Shown here one piece after another: positions 1 to 20,519 of a stretch of DNA of 64,000 bases (the stretch's first letter is position 1; the number at the start of each line of letters is the position of its first letter). A program made the position numbers and the translations under genes. The stretch is from Bugula neritina (lineage: Eukaryota > Animalia > Bryozoa). The stretch is from positions 11,852,581-11,916,580 of the forward strand of contig OZ037767.1 of the NCBI GenBank assembly GCA_964035545.1. Direction: 5' to 3'. The notes under the pieces were generated by a model that ran no database searches, was not told where the DNA came from, and was given only the letters and a program-made list of their open reading frames with translations.

Positions 1-131
1 AATCAAATATATATTATTTTAGTTGTTTAATATAATTTAATTGTTCAATTTATCATCAATTGTTGAAATATTATGCTACCTGAACTGCTGTGTCTTGAGT
101 TTTGATTTCTGTTGTTGTGCATATTTTCTAG

Positions 132-9133
<9,002 letters not shown>

Positions 9134-10476
9134 TCATGTGGAGTTGAATGTACAAGTAAAACAAAATCTTCAAGTTGACATTTCATGTATCTAGTTACAG
9201 AAATTGACTTGAGTATAGCATATGGACTAATAACTCATAACACGAGTACATGGCAGTCTTTGTTATATAGAACAATTATTCCCTGCTAGTTACTTGTTTC
9301 ATTTAGGTCTCAGGTTTTTACTGTTGAAGTAATTCTAGGTTATACAGACCAAAAAACTGTCTGAAAATGTGCATGAGATACCATAGATTATATGTATACT
9401 GTTTTTTATATGATAACAAAACACAATAAATTTCGAAGTTCTTTGATTCCATTCTCAAGTAGCCTATCGTCATTTGCCTCAATTTAGAATGAGTTATGAA
9501 TGAAGCTTGCTAGTCAATTTGGGGTTTAAAAAATAAATTCATGGTGCCAAATTTTTGTTTATTGTGTGCGAGTTGACCAAATCAGTAATCAAGTGTTGGA
9601 ATCCTTGTTTTTTATTTTATGGGAAGTTAATTCATCAAAAGCCATTTTGGGTGTTATTTGGCAAAGTTTGTGAAATAAAAGCAAAATGAGCATGGTGGTA
9701 ATATATAAGGACAAAAACAAACATATTGGTAGTGTTATTTAAAAATAATGAGCAAAATAGTAATTAAAAACAAAGCAAAGTGAGTATATTGGTGATTAAA
9801 AAACATGTAACTTTTCAATTGAGAATTTAGGCAAAAGTACTAACTAATCTAGCCAAAAATATATCGGGTAAAAACCATTTGGATTAGTGTTGGATCAATA
9901 GGTCACGTAATGGTGATGTCAAACCTTATATTCAAGATCAAAGGAATGTTCATGCCAACATCAGAGTTTATTACTTTACAAATTGAATAAATGTCAACTA
10001 GCTCATAAAGCTCAGTGAATATAGTTGTTAATGTTCATTAGCAGTTTGAACCATTTCTTTAAAATATTTGGACTCTAAATCTTTACAAACAAGTTCATGA
10101 AGGCATGAAAGTGCACAGATCACACGTTTATAGGTAAATGTAAGTACATAATATAGATTTTAATGCCGTTTACTTTTCTGATTGAACAAGTATTTACCTG
10201 TAAATATTAACAAGTGGTTTTATCTTTTATTTTACTTTCTGAAGACAGTTTAGGTCAACAACTATTAGATCACTTATTTTTAAATTTTTTCTTTAATCTT
10301 TTTTAGCAATTTTTCACAGTTTAGCTGCTAACGTATATGGGCTTTTGCTCTTAGCTAATGAAACAAAATACAACTAAATAAGCAAGGTTATTTTTAATTT
10401 TGCTTGATTTCCTATACAGTTTCCTAATTATTTAATTAATTTGGAGTTGCAGAAGTCACGAAAAAAAAAACCGACT

Positions 10477-11764
10477 TCAAGTATGCTTAGTTTTATTATG
10501 CCGAGAGAGATTACTCCTGTCCCTAAACATATTGCCACGTTCTGTGCAACTGTATGGTTTCTCTTTGGTGTGTGTTTTCATGTGGACATTCAAATTAGGT
10601 TTTTGTTTAAACCTCATTTTACAGATTTCACATCCGTATGGTTTTTCTCCTGTGTGTAGCCTTCTATGCTGAGTTAAATTAGAATTGAATGTGAAACTCT
10701 TTCCACACACATCACATCTGTATGGTTTTTCTCCTGTGTGTAGCCTTCTATGCCAAGTTAAATTAGAATTGAATGTGAAACTCTTTCCACACACATCACA
10801 TCTGTATGGTTTTTCTCCTGTGTGTAATTTTGCATGTCGGGCTAAATTAGACTTTTGTGTGAAAGTTTTCCCACACGCTTTACATTTGTATGGCTTTTCT
10901 CCAGTGTGGATTCTCATGTGTTCAATAAAGAAATGATTGTAGCCGAATAGCTTTCCACATTCTGTACACTTGTAAGGTGTTTTTGTGGTGTGGATCCTCA
11001 TGTGGTGGTTTAGTGTAGATTTTTGAGTAAATGCTTTACCACAGTAGCTGCATTTGTACAGTTTTTCTCCAGTGTGAATCTTCATATTATGTGTGGTTAA
11101 TTGCTGACTCTTACTAAATGATATTTTACACTCGGCACATTTATATAGGTTGTCTTCTCTATTTTGTACCAAGTTCCAAGTTTTAGTAAAATTTATTTTT
11201 CGACACTCACTATGCTGGTGAAGCTTTTCTTCAGTGTGTAACTTGTTTTCTATAAACAAATTCATAGAGTTAGGAAGTTGTTCTCTCATTTTAGTGCACT
11301 GGTTTGACTTTTCCTCCTTGTTATTATCTTTATCTGCCTCCGAGTGTATTTTTTGTGTAGTTTCTTCCTCACAATCTGTACATGTTTCAGGCTGCTGATC
11401 ACATTCTATCTTATCAAGACTGATTAAAACTCCAAATAAATAAAGTTTCTTTTACACTTGGTACAAGTGATTGGCTTCACTTTGTTATTTTCTCTCATTT
11501 GTTTGGCTAAGCTTGTTACTTCTAAATTTCTCTCTTCACAAATATATGTACATTTAAAACCCTGCTCCTGAGTAGGCACTCCTAGATTACTTCTCTCTTT
11601 TAGCATTTTTTCACATGTAAATAAAATATTATCAATATCACACTTTCTGTGAGTTTTCTTATCTTTTCTTCTTTCTAAAACTTTTCCCTTTCTAAAACCT
11701 AAAGAATGATGCTCCAACTTTTTATTTTCCTGTCTTGTCATGATCTCATTCATCATGTCGCAAT
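10477..11764 (-). CDS. Tandem C2H2 (Kruppel-type) zinc-finger protein, main exon. About 7-8 fingers plus degenerate N-terminal fingers; 1-nt frameshift near 11424-11430 (possible pseudogene or assembly error)
   Basis: ORF 10477-11289 has repeated HTGEKPYxCxxCGKxF...HxxxH. ORF 11424-11756 has degenerate CxxC fingers one base out of frame. Minus-strand acceptor ttttag|ATTGCGAC at 11764. Confidence 0.9.
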
Positions 11765-12199
11765 CTAAAATTTACAACTTTTACATGTCATCTAAATAAA
11801 AACAAACAAAATTACTGCTATCTGATAGTTTGTTGACCCAGTACTATTCTCATATAGGCTAAGCATCTCATACAAGCATATAATAAACCATATTATCTAG
11901 TATATCATTTAGCATGTAGCTAGTATGCATTTACCATGTATTTAGCATGTGTCTAGCTCTTACACCTTATATTTACTGATATTTATTTATTGCAGGTGTT
12001 GAGTGTTTTGGAGATTCTGCCCCCCACTGGCCCTAGCAGAAATATATCTTTTTAAACACCCTCAACACTGTTAATACAGTTTACAGTAACACAGTTTTTT
12101 TGGTCGATTGGCTCTACATAGTAACTGATAGTTGTAGTCAAATTCACTTGCCTGAGGCTAAGTTGTTATTGCTTTTCAAAATTTTTGATATCAAATGAG

Positions 12200-12391
12200 T
12201 GGGAATCAGGTACTATATCACATAATAGGAAGATGTCAATCCAGAACCACCAAAAGTGTGGAAAGCTGTTGATGCTACTGAAATGAAAGCTTTCATTGAA
12301 CTTTGTCTACTGGCAGGAGTGCACAGGTCTAACCACAAGTCAGATGGTTCTTTGTGATCAGAGAAGAAAGACCCGTTTTCTCAGCAACTAT
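12200..12391 (+). pseudogene. Decayed piggyBac (PGBD4-like) transposase fragment, part 5' of the gypsy insertion
   Basis: Translates EPPKVWKAVDATEMKAFIELCLLAGVHRSNHKSDGSL*SEK.../PVFSAT, matching the piggyBac W..vd..E..AFiGl..laG....  ..LWs....piF.atM pattern. Confidence 0.8.
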
Positions 12392-12792
12392 TGTAATGAG
12401 TTGCGTAAGGAGTTATCTGTATGTATCGAAAGGACAACTCTCCTGCTAATTCTCCTTTATCGTAATGCATAGCGTTTATTATCTATTCGACCTGCTAGTA
12501 ATTGCCTACTACGCTACCAACCTATGCTATGGACTACGGGAGGAGCTTAGTAATGAGAACTAGTTTAATCCAGCAGATAGCGAGCACGCTTGGAAAGCTG
12601 GCAGTCAGGCAGTAGATTAGTTATTGTTAAGTTGTGTGCGCTCTGTCTGAAATTATGTAAAATGTTTATAGTTGATGTATAGTTTTACTTGTGTATCTTT
12701 GTATTAAATAAACGCATAATAATCTACTTTAACTTGGTGGTATTGCACTACTTTAAATACCCAGCAATTAGCAAATGCACGGTTTCACAACA
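12392..12792 (+). repeat. 5' LTR (401 bp)
   Basis: TGTAATGAGTTGCG...GTTTCACAACA, direct repeat of 19853-20252; contains AATAAA. Confidence 0.96.
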
Positions 12793-12793
12793 G

Positions 12794-12811
12794 TGGTGGC
12801 AGCGGTGAGAT
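12794..12811 (+). promoter_or_regulatory. Primer binding site complementary to the 3' end of tRNA-Leu
   Basis: TGGTGGCAGCGGTGAGAT lies 1 nt after the LTR; the reverse complement of the metazoan tRNA-Leu(AAG/TAG) 3' end is TGGTGGCAGCGGTGGGAT (1 mismatch). Confidence 0.85.
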
Positions 12812-12850
12812 AATTTAAACCTAATGCTACTGGCCAAAGAGTAGGGAAAG

Positions 12851-15800
12851 ATGGCCGACGAAGAAGACGTTCCCCGTCAAGAGCGAGTCGAGCCAGCAGC
12901 TATGAAGGATGATATAGGCGGCTCAGCACTGCCTATGCACAGGTACCACTTGCGGGCTCTCATCTTTTCAGAAGAAGAGGATGTGGAGCAATTTATCACT
13001 GAGTTCAGTGATGTCGCAGACATCTGTCAATGGCCTGCCAGGGTTACTCTGATACAGCTGTGGTTTTGCCTGATGTGGCCGGCCAAACCTTATGGGATTG
13101 GTCAGGATGTTGGCGACATCTTTGAGGCAATGAGAGCCCGGTTCGGGCTCACTGCTTGAGATGCGCAGGTGCAACTCCAAGGACCAAGAAGAAATCTTAG
13201 ACTACTTTGAAAGAGCACGCGAACGTAGTTGAGCGGCTAGCACAAGCTGCCTATGGTGACTTGCCTGCGAAAGGCCGACAGAGCCTGGCACTAGATGCTT
13301 TTCTCCAGTCCATCAACAACCTAGGCTCAAAGCAACACTTGGTTAAGACTATGGAGCAAGCTCTCAGGCTTGGGAATGCATGTTTTCAAGCCGACAGTAC
13401 GGGACGGCTTTGGGCGACAGTACAGCAAGTGGAGGCTGACAATGTGTCGACGTTGCTGGCCAAGTCAGCTGTACATGTCGCCATGGCGGCAGCCGACGAG
13501 CCGACTAGCTTGACCACAAGCTTGGTTCGAGAGCTGTTAGCCAAGATCAGGCATCTGCGCCAACAGTCGACAGCTGAGCAACCCACGAGGTCGCCGACAG
13601 CTGTCGCCGACAGCTGTCGCCGACAGCTGTCGTCGACAGGCGAGCCCCGTATGCTGAGGCTGTGGTAGTGGCAGGCACTTCAGACAAAGCTGCCCCCACA
13701 GTAGAGAGAGGCAGTTAAACAACAACGGCCCGCGGTAGACTTCACCGACCGTGGGCCTCGGTTTAATCCTTCGAGGCCAAGGCCAGGGCTCAAACCCAAT
13801 AGGGTGAGGAAGCCACCTCCTCCAGAGTTGCAAGCCTCACAGAAGGTTAGCAGGCCGCAAGGCCCACCAAAACCTCCGGCTTGGCCACTCAAAAACCACT
13901 TTGAAGGTTTGCCTGATGAGGGTATGTACGACGAGTGGGAGCAGGACCGAGCTTTCACTTAGCCGCCCGTGTGCAAGCAAGACCAAGGTGTAACTTGGCT
14001 GCCCACTAAACGTCGACGACTCCCTCACAACTGGAAAGTGCAGGTGCATCCCCGACTCCATGCACATGAGGTGTCACCTCCAGAAATTAACCACTCAGTG
14101 AGCGCCCAGCCATATGGAAGCAATTATTTCTTGCCCGGTAAATCTCCGGCAAAGCTGCAACATTCCTGTTGGATACTGGGTGTACCACAAATCTTCTGAG
14201 TCGGCGTCTGTTTGACACACTCAGTGCCAGAGACCGGGCGAACCTGGAGCTATATGAAGGGAACACTGCACGTTGGCAGACAGGGCGTGTATTCTTTTCT
14301 ATAGCGTGATGGATTTGACTGGTAGAGTCTGTGATCAGGTGATCAGCGAGACCTTCATCGTCAGTCAACTCAAGAAGGATGCCATCCTGGAAATGCCATT
14401 TCTGAAGCGACACAAGTGCCAAATCAACTTTAGCAAGTTGGCGGTGGTGATTGCCAGGCATGAGCGTGCTTGTGTGGATCGGTTTGGCAGACCCTTGGTG
14501 GGGGAGTGCAGGTGGTACGGCGCTGTACGGCACCTGGGCGCTCCTGAGCTATAGTTCGCTGCAGAGTGAACTGTAGAGAAATTTTCGACTTAAGAGTGGT
14601 GGAAGGGGCACTGGGGGGCATCCATATCGCTAGCAGCTATAATAGGCTAAATGAGCGGGGGAATTTCTTGGTACAGTGTGTGAACCCCGTAGAATTGCCG
14701 GCTGGTTCGCTAGTGAGGAAGTTTCACTCTGTACAGAAGGAGGATGTCAGGCCCACCTTGGAGATGGCGGAGGAAGCCCGTGGAGTACCCACTAGAAATG
14801 GCAGGGGGCCGGTGCCTGAACACTTGGTAGATCTATAGGGGAAGCCTGTGATGGCTATGAGAGTAAGCGGGAATGCCTGATAGTGGCGCAGCTACTCTCT
14901 GAGTACAAAGATGTGTTCAGTTGTGTCGATCATATGGGCCAAGGCTGTCTGTCATGAGATACCTCTGGCGGCGGGGACAATGCCTATTAGACAGTCAACC
15001 CGCCGGCTAGATCCTGAGAAAGAAAAGGAAATGAGCTGACAGGTGCAAGACCTTCTAAACCGAGACCTGATTCAACCAGCCCATAGTGCTTGGAACTCTT
15101 CAGTTGTCCTGGTTTGAAAAAAGAATGGGAACTGAAGGTTTTGCGTGAATTATCGCAAACTGAACAGCGTGACCATCCAGGACGCTTACCCTCTTCCTAG
15201 GATCAATGAGTCGCTAGATGCTTTAGCTGGTAGCAAGTTTTTCAGTACGCTGAACTTGCTAACCGAGTATTGGCAGGTGCCCCTGAGTCTTGATGCACAG
15301 GACAAGGCCATGTTTATTACGCAAGACGGCTCTGGAAGTGGAAGGTGCTGCCATTCAGATTTACGTTTGCGCCGGCCACCTTCCAGAGACTCATGGAACA
15401 GGTCCTGAGTGGTTTACACTGGGAGACTTTGCTCATCTATCTCGATGATGTCATTGTCATCTCCCCCGACTTCGACACTCATGTCAGTCAGCTCAGAGAG
15501 GTGTTTGACAGACTTCGAGCTGCTGGTCTGAAGCTCAAGCCCTCTAAGTGTGCATTATTGCAACAAGAGGTTAAGTACCTGAGCCATGTAGTTGGTCGAG
15601 ACAGAGTTGCCACCGACCCTGAGAAGGTACGAGCTGTGAGGGACTGGGTCGTACCTGTCGACCTTCCTAAATTGCGAGCGTTCCTGGGGTTGCTAGGGTA
15701 CTATCGAAAGCACATACACGACTTTACAGAAATTGCTCAGCCGCTAACCGGCTGACAGCAAAGGGAGTTTGTTGGCAGTGGACATATGCAGAACAGCAGG

Positions 15801-18138
15801 CATTTGACCACCTCAAGGACCGTTTGGTAGAGGCGCCCATCTTGGCGTACCCTGATCCGGCAAAAGAGTACATTTTAGACACTGATGTCAGTTACCACAA
15901 TGTGGGGCTGTGTTGTCTCAGGTCCAAGATGGCCGCGAGGTGGTGGTAGCTTACTATAGCAAAGCTCTGTTGGCCCCTGAGAAGAACAACTGTACAATCA
16001 GGAGAGAGCTCCTGGCGGTAGTCAAAGCAATCAAACACTTTAGACTATATCTGTATGGGCGGGCGTTCAGGTTACAAACGGACCACGCGTCCTTGATAAG
16101 GCTGTGTCGACGGGCTGAACTATTTAGCCCAAGTAGAGCGCTGGCTTGAAGTCCTGGCTAAGTTTTCATACCAAATCGAACACCGACCTGGTAAGAAACA
16201 CGGTAATGCCGACGGATTAAGTCGCCACCGAGCAGATGGGTGTAAGCAATGCTTCAACATTGAGCACAGAGATGGTGGACCCTCTCGCTCAGACATGGAA
16301 CAGCAGATTGGGAAAGCACGTATATACAACTGGAGGAAGGACAACTCTTGTCTGAACTTTCCACTAAAGCTGTTAACAATCTTCATGCAAACCCTACACT
16401 GCTCAGGAACGTCAAGGAGCTGTGTCAGCTCCAAGCTACGCTCCCTAGGGTTGTAGTTAATCTAGTCCGGGCCAAGAAGCAGGGACGGCGACCTGGTGAG
16501 GCTGAACAGCGGGTCAAGTGTGCAAAATTCAAATATTTCTGCTACCGCTGGGACTCCCTTCAGTTCAATGGTGATGGGTTGTTAACAATAACGTTGGCGA
16601 CCGGTGCAAATCACCAGGAGCGGGAAAGGGTAGTTTGTCCATTTGCTTTGCACCGAGAGTTGATCTGGGACACCCATAAGCAAGCTAATGCTGGCGCTGG
16701 GTGGGTTACTCGGTGTCTGCAACTCCAGTGGCACTGGCCTGGTATGACCCGGGATATCTGACTCCGGGTGCGGAAGTGTGAGATCTGTCAAGCTAACAAG
16801 CATAGCCGTGTCACTGAGCCCGCAGGGGAGCATCGCCTCCATGCTGGTCATTCGTGGCAGGTTGTTGCTGTAGATCTGGTGGGCCCCATGCCCTTTGTCT
16901 GTGAAAGGTAATAACTGGATACAGGTGTTAATTGACCACTTTAAGTGGTAGGCTGATGCGCTGGCTATCCCAGATGCGTCGGCCTCCACGGTAGCCAGGG
17001 CCTTGGATCAGCAGGTGTTCTTTTATTTTGGCTTTCCAGAACAAATACACTCTGACCAAGGCGCCCAGTTTCAGTCGCAACTTATGAGTGATCTCTGTAA
17101 GACGTGGGGGGTTAACCAGAGTTGCTCGAACCTATATCACCCGCAACGGAATGGGGTTGTGGAGCAGAACAACCTCTGAAAAGCCTGCTCATAGGTAAGA
17201 GTCAGGAAGAGTGGGACTTGGTGTTGCCGCAAATCATGCAAGCCAACCTTAGTACCCCTCACTCCAGCACACCGGAGATCCCTAACTTTCTCATGCTTAG
17301 GAGAAAAACACGGGTTCTTGAACACCCAACCTATCATGTTCTAGCTCCGGAGAGCAACGTCCATGATTACGTGGATGAGCTCATTAAAAGCATGAGGACT
17401 GCCCACGAGGTGTTACGTGAGCAGCAATGGCAGATAAGGGGTGGCGACTTTGACAACTCTCCTTTGTATAAGGTGGACGACTGGGTCTGGATGACCAGTC
17501 ATCGCCGGCGGCGCAGACAGGCGGCTAAGTTACAGCCAGAGTTTGTGGGTCCTTATTGCGTAATTGAGGTGATGCCAAATCACACGTATAAAGTGGAACG
17601 TTCTGGCCAAGTGTCGGTCCAGAACGAAGTTCGAGTAAAACTGTACCGGGCAAGTCCTGATGTGGCAGGACAGGCTCTTCTACTCTTGGAACCTGTGTGT
17701 CGTCTGACCATGAGGGGACAAAGCATGGCATATAGAGAGTTGAAGAATGTGCTGCAAGATCTGGAAGGAGCGGCCGACATGCCGACCAACCAGCCCCGGT
17801 CCCCCCACCTCAGGAAGAGCCGGCCGACACACCTGTCGTCTCTGGGTGAGATGAAAAGTCCTCAAATTCATGAGGAGGAAGTAGCTAAGGAAGAACCACT
17901 TGTACTGGTGGACCCCTCTGCACTGGAGGCACCACTCGTAGTGGTGGAGTCGCTAGTGGCAGCAGCCCCCCCCCCAGTACAGTTGGAACGCAGTCAATGT
18001 ACTAGGGCTCCACCATCTTATTTGAAAAATTATTTGCGTGATGCAGTGAAAAAAACATTCATCAGCTATCATAAAAAAATCTGCGGGGACAAGCAATGGA
18101 GAGTTGCAATTCTTAAGTATAAGGAAACACAACTGTGA
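12851..18138 (+). pseudogene. Disrupted gag-pol polyprotein of the gypsy element
   Basis: gag 12851-~13700 with degenerate CCHC (C*GCGSGRHFRQSC); protease FLLDTGCTTNLL ~14163; RT (NYRKLN, DAYPLPRI, LIYLDDV) 15145-15755; RNase H (ELLAVV, LQTDH) ~15870-16150; integrase (CEICQ, VAVDLVGP, HSDQGAQF, FVGPY) ~16650-17650; many stops and frameshifts. Confidence 0.93.
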
Positions 18139-19852
18139 GTTGCGTACCCAGTGGCGTATATATATATATTATTGCCACCGGGGATACAGAAAAGAGTGAA
18201 GCCAGCTTGCTAGTAAAAGGGGTATCATGTAATCACTTTCACTGTGAAGAAAGTTCTTTTCAATGGTAACTGTCAAAGTGTGAGCACGTACTTGGCAGGC
18301 TGGCAACTACAGAGCCTAAGTGGACAGTGGGCTGATGCCACAGTTGTCTTATGGTAAGACCACTAGTGAAATTATATTATTTAATTAGAGTTTAGCCTAG
18401 TAGCATGTATCAGTCTCACCCTATAACAATAAAGTTGGATTCCTAAAGTCAGATGATTTTTCTGACGATTTAGAGTAGAACAGTCGTCTGGATGATTTTG
18501 ATAATCAGAAGGTTGATAGACTGTTTGCTCAGACGTCAGTGTCGTACTGACCGGGTGGAAGCTTCTACAACAGAATCTGGTGCTCTGTTGTAGGTGACAC
18601 TTAGAGAGGAACTAGAAGATGTGCTAACACCACTGTCACGCAGTCACCCTCTTTCTTACTCGTCTATCTGACACTGGATTCTTGGTGGACTTTCACTGCA
18701 GAGCGGGTGGCTGTCGTGGCGGATGGTGTTGCTCTTTCTCCACTGTGATAATATCTTCATGAGATGCGACTAAAGATCACAGCGGTCGTCATTAATATAT
18801 AAATATCATAACTGTTAATTTGTAATATTGATAATGCACTGCATGAACAATTTAATAATATAAATAGTAGACAGTTATAGCCAGCTAGTCATCAAAGGGG
18901 AGAGTCTGTAACCTTGTTTATCCACACTTTTGAGTTGTCACTTCCAGAGTGACCTGTTGATGCTTGACTTTGACTAAATAAGTGATTCGATATCACTGAT
19001 AATTCGGGTAATAGACATAATAGTTTTTTTTCTCCTCTAGAATTCTTCACTGGGAGTCTCACACTCGTCATGTATGACAATTTCAATATCAGAACACTTT
19101 TCTTTTGTCACCTGGCTGTGCGTTCCACCCTTCTGTGGGGCAGCCGGCAGTGCAGCCGACTATGTTCAAGCTGCCCTGTGACGCGATTTGACATTTTTCT
19201 TTATGTTTTGTGTGTAAGAGTTTCACACTGTTTGCTTGTTCGTTGCACTACTTTTTTGTATAATACGTATATTCCACTATACATTGTTTTTAATACAACA
19301 GTATTCTGTATTGAGCTTTTGTGTGTCATATAATGTTGTATGTGTAACTTTATGATTTTCTTTTTGTGAGTCCACGACCCACAACTTACGCGCCGGCAAA
19401 TTGGTTGCCAACTACTATCATCGTCGTTTCGATAAAGTCATCATCTTCTGTACCTCCACCCAGTGTGGTGGATACCCCGAGCCTGAGTTTCTACAGTGAC
19501 TTCTCCATCCCCTGGTTCGGTTGCCCTCTACTAATACCCCTGGACTCATATACTTCCAGCTGAATTTCATTTCCACGAAGTTCCGTAGTCCACGATCAGT
19601 ACCTGCACCAAGGATTTGGTAGAACCCAAGCCTGGGGAACTTACCTTTCCATGTCACCAGCGGATAATTCCGATAGTGAGAGATGCTCACCGTAATCAGT
19701 CTGGATTCTTGACTTGTCCCCTTACATTATTACCATATTATTCATATTGTAATTGTTTTGCTTTTGCATGTATTATTTTCTGCTTATGCTGTTTCTTTCT
19801 TTTGGTTTTGATAGCAATAATAGGGAGTGTGCCTTTTGATAGGTCGGGGCAG

Positions 19853-20252
19853 TGTAATGGGTTGCGTAAGAAGTTATCTGTATGTATCGAAAGGACAACT
19901 CTCCTGCTACTTCTCTTTTATCGTGATGCGTAGCGCCCATCATCTATTCGGCCTGCTAGTAATTGCCTACTACGCTACTAACTTCCGCTATAGACTTTGG
20001 GAGGAGCTTAGTAATGAGAACTAGTTTAATCTAGCTGGTAGTGAGCACACTTGGGTAGCCGGCAGTCAGGCAGTAGATTAGTTATTGTTGAGTTGTGTAC
20101 GCTCTGTCTGAAATTATGTAACGTATTTATAGTTGATGTATAGTTGTACTTGTGTATCTTTGTATTAAATAAACTCATAATAATCTATTTAACTTGGCAG
20201 TTTTGCATTACTTTAAATACCCAGCAATTACTGAATGCATAGTTTCACAACA
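19853..20252 (+). repeat. 3' LTR (400 bp), preceded by purine-rich tract AGGTCGGGGCAG (19841-19852)
   Basis: TGTAATGGGTTGCG...GTTTCACAACA, followed by TSD CTAT. Confidence 0.96.
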
Positions 20253-20420
20253 CTATATTGTCCAGCACTGTATTTACTGATATCCTGAAAATCCTGAAAT
20301 TCGATAATTGGGCAACTTGAGTAGAAAGGCAAGCTACTGACAAATTGGCACTATTCCGTGATTTTTAGAATATGTTTCAGGCACAACTTCCTATTATATA
20401 AGTACTACTGACCTGAAACT
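20253..20420 (+). pseudogene. Decayed piggyBac transposase fragment, part 3' of the gypsy insertion
   Basis: Translates ...STVFTDILKILKFDNWAT*VERQATDKLALFRDF*NMFQAQLP, matching piggyBac Msr.rF..il..lrFD...tR.eR...DKla..R; continues the 12200-12391 fragment. Confidence 0.8.
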
Positions 20421-20519
20421 AACCTTTCTATTGTAATCATGTTTGTTCATGATGTTTCATAACTAAAAACGTTTATTTTGTTCAATAGTTATTGCATCAA
20501 TTTATATTTATTGTATTTG

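Larger units (their letters stand above)
12392..20252 (+). mobile_element. Ty3/gypsy LTR retrotransposon, full length, degenerate (stops and frameshifts)
   Basis: LTRs 12392-12792 and 19853-20252 (TG...CA); 4-bp TSD CTAT at 12388-12391 and 20253-20256; PBS and PPT present; domain order gag-PR-RT-RH-IN. Confidence 0.97.

Noticed and set aside
18229-19080. Solo LTR of a second element starting TGTAATCAC after a purine-rich run
   Set aside because: No matching CA terminus with a 4-5-bp TSD could be identified
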